Assembly (NCBI GenBank): GCA_024137785.1
Contig: JAHRHZ010000166.1
Location: forward strand, 1,064,736-1,128,735
Length of the DNA: 64,000 nt
DNA from: Ginglymostoma cirratum
Lineage: Eukaryota
Reading direction: 5' to 3'
Position numbers and translations under genes: made by a program. Below the pieces are notes generated by a model that was not told the DNA's origin, made no database searches, and was given only the letters and a program-made list of their open reading frames with translations. This document shows, one piece after another, positions 63,065 through 64,000 of this stretch; within the stretch, counting starts at the first letter, position 1; every line of letters starts with the position of its first letter.

Positions 63065-63545
63065 ACTCTGGTTGAGATTTACTTAATCCCAAATGACATC
63101 CTTCTGGTAATTATAGATAACAAGGTGTAGAGCTGGATGAACACAGCAGGCCAAGCAGCATCATAGGAGCAGGAAAGCTTGCCGTTTCAGGCCTGGACCC
63201 TTCTGGTGAAGGGTCTATCTCCGATTCTCCAGCATCTGCAGTTCCTATTATCTCCTTCTGGTAATTCATGTGCTGCCCACAACATCTCCTTTCTATAATG
63301 CACAGGTGTAAAACGTAATGAATGTCTGCTCATTTCGCATCCTCTGGGAGATGTGATGGTCTGAATAACCATATTAAGATGCCATTCTCAAGGCACTAAC
63401 TTTCTGCCATACACTCAGATTCTTCTTCGGGCATTTTTTATACAACTGCTTCAATTTTTTATCTTTCCTTTGTAATTCAGCTGATTTCTCAGCTCTAAAA
63501 ATACGCACATTGTCCTTCAATTGCTCTTGTTTTCCATTCATTTTG
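63065..63545 (-). mobile_element. Gypsy (Gmr1-like) pre-integrase fragment
   Basis: AELQRKDKKLKQLY...VHYRKEMLWAAHELPEG[insert]CHLG: integrase HHCC zinc-finger start. Confidence 0.55.
63113..63252. mobile_element. Family-A mini-element with 14-bp TSD
   Basis: TCCTTCTGGTAATT at 63099-63112 and 63253-63266. Confidence 0.85.
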
Positions 63546-64000
63546 TGAGATATGGGCATCGCTGGTTGGCCAGCATTTCTTGCCTATCCCTAGTTGCCTT
63601 TGAGAAGGTGGTGGTGAGCTACATTCCTGAACCACTGTAGTCCTCCTACTGGTTGACCCACAATGCTATTAGAGAGGGAATTCCACGATTTTGACCCAGC
63701 GAAAGAATGGCCACATATTTCCAAATCAAGATGGTGAATGACCTGGAGGGGAACTTGGATGTGGTGGTGTTCCCAACTATCTGCTGCCCATGTCCTTCTA
63801 GATGGAAGTGGTCATGGGTTTGGAAGGCGCTGTCTGAGGTAAATTTCTGCAGTGCCTCTTGTAGCTCGTGCACACTGCTTCTACTGGTGGAGGTGGTGGA
63901 GGGAGACACTGCTTGTGGGTGTAGTGCCAATCAGGGCTATTTTTTTCCTCGATGGTGTCAAGCTTCTTGACTGTTTCTGGGGCTTCACTCATCCAGGCAA
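63545..64000 (-). mobile_element. LINE family 2 3' end
   Basis: Reverse complement of 13400-13850 (GGGCATCGCTGGTTGGCCAGCATTT...CCTTGAGAAGGTGGTGGTGAGC-like). Confidence 0.8.

Noticed and set aside
1-64000. CRISPR array or prokaryotic system
   Set aside because: No regularly spaced repeat-spacer array or operon; content is vertebrate repeats and a spliced gene.

Overview
Repeat-saturated vertebrate genomic DNA. The repeat set (HE1-type V-SINEs, Deu-domain SINEs, CR1 LINEs with (TTCTATG)n tails, abundant Penelope-like elements) points to a cartilaginous fish, probably a shark; this is an inference. Only one host gene can be reconstructed, on the + strand at about 23.4-31.4 kb. It is an immunoglobulin-superfamily receptor built as leader / germline-joined V-J exon / C1 exon / uncharged TM exon / two cytoplasmic exons ending in an ITIM (VLYAYL). 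This is an antigen-receptor-like, non-rearranging inhibitory receptor, and this copy looks pseudogenised (2 in-frame stops, at least 1 frameshift, W->C, FGxG->FRNG). Most of the rest is mobile DNA. It includes a near full-length CR1 (54.0-58.3 kb) nested in a Gmr1-type (integrase-before-RT) Gypsy relic, and several Penelope-like elements. At least three families of Penelope terminal repeats carry minimal hammerhead ribozyme cores. Many short copies of these are fold-back palindromes flanked by 14-17 bp target-site duplications. There is also an old ~300-bp-arm inverted repeat at 37.5-38.3 kb and four assembly gaps. Repeat boundaries were read by eye and are approximate unless a TSD or splice site is quoted.
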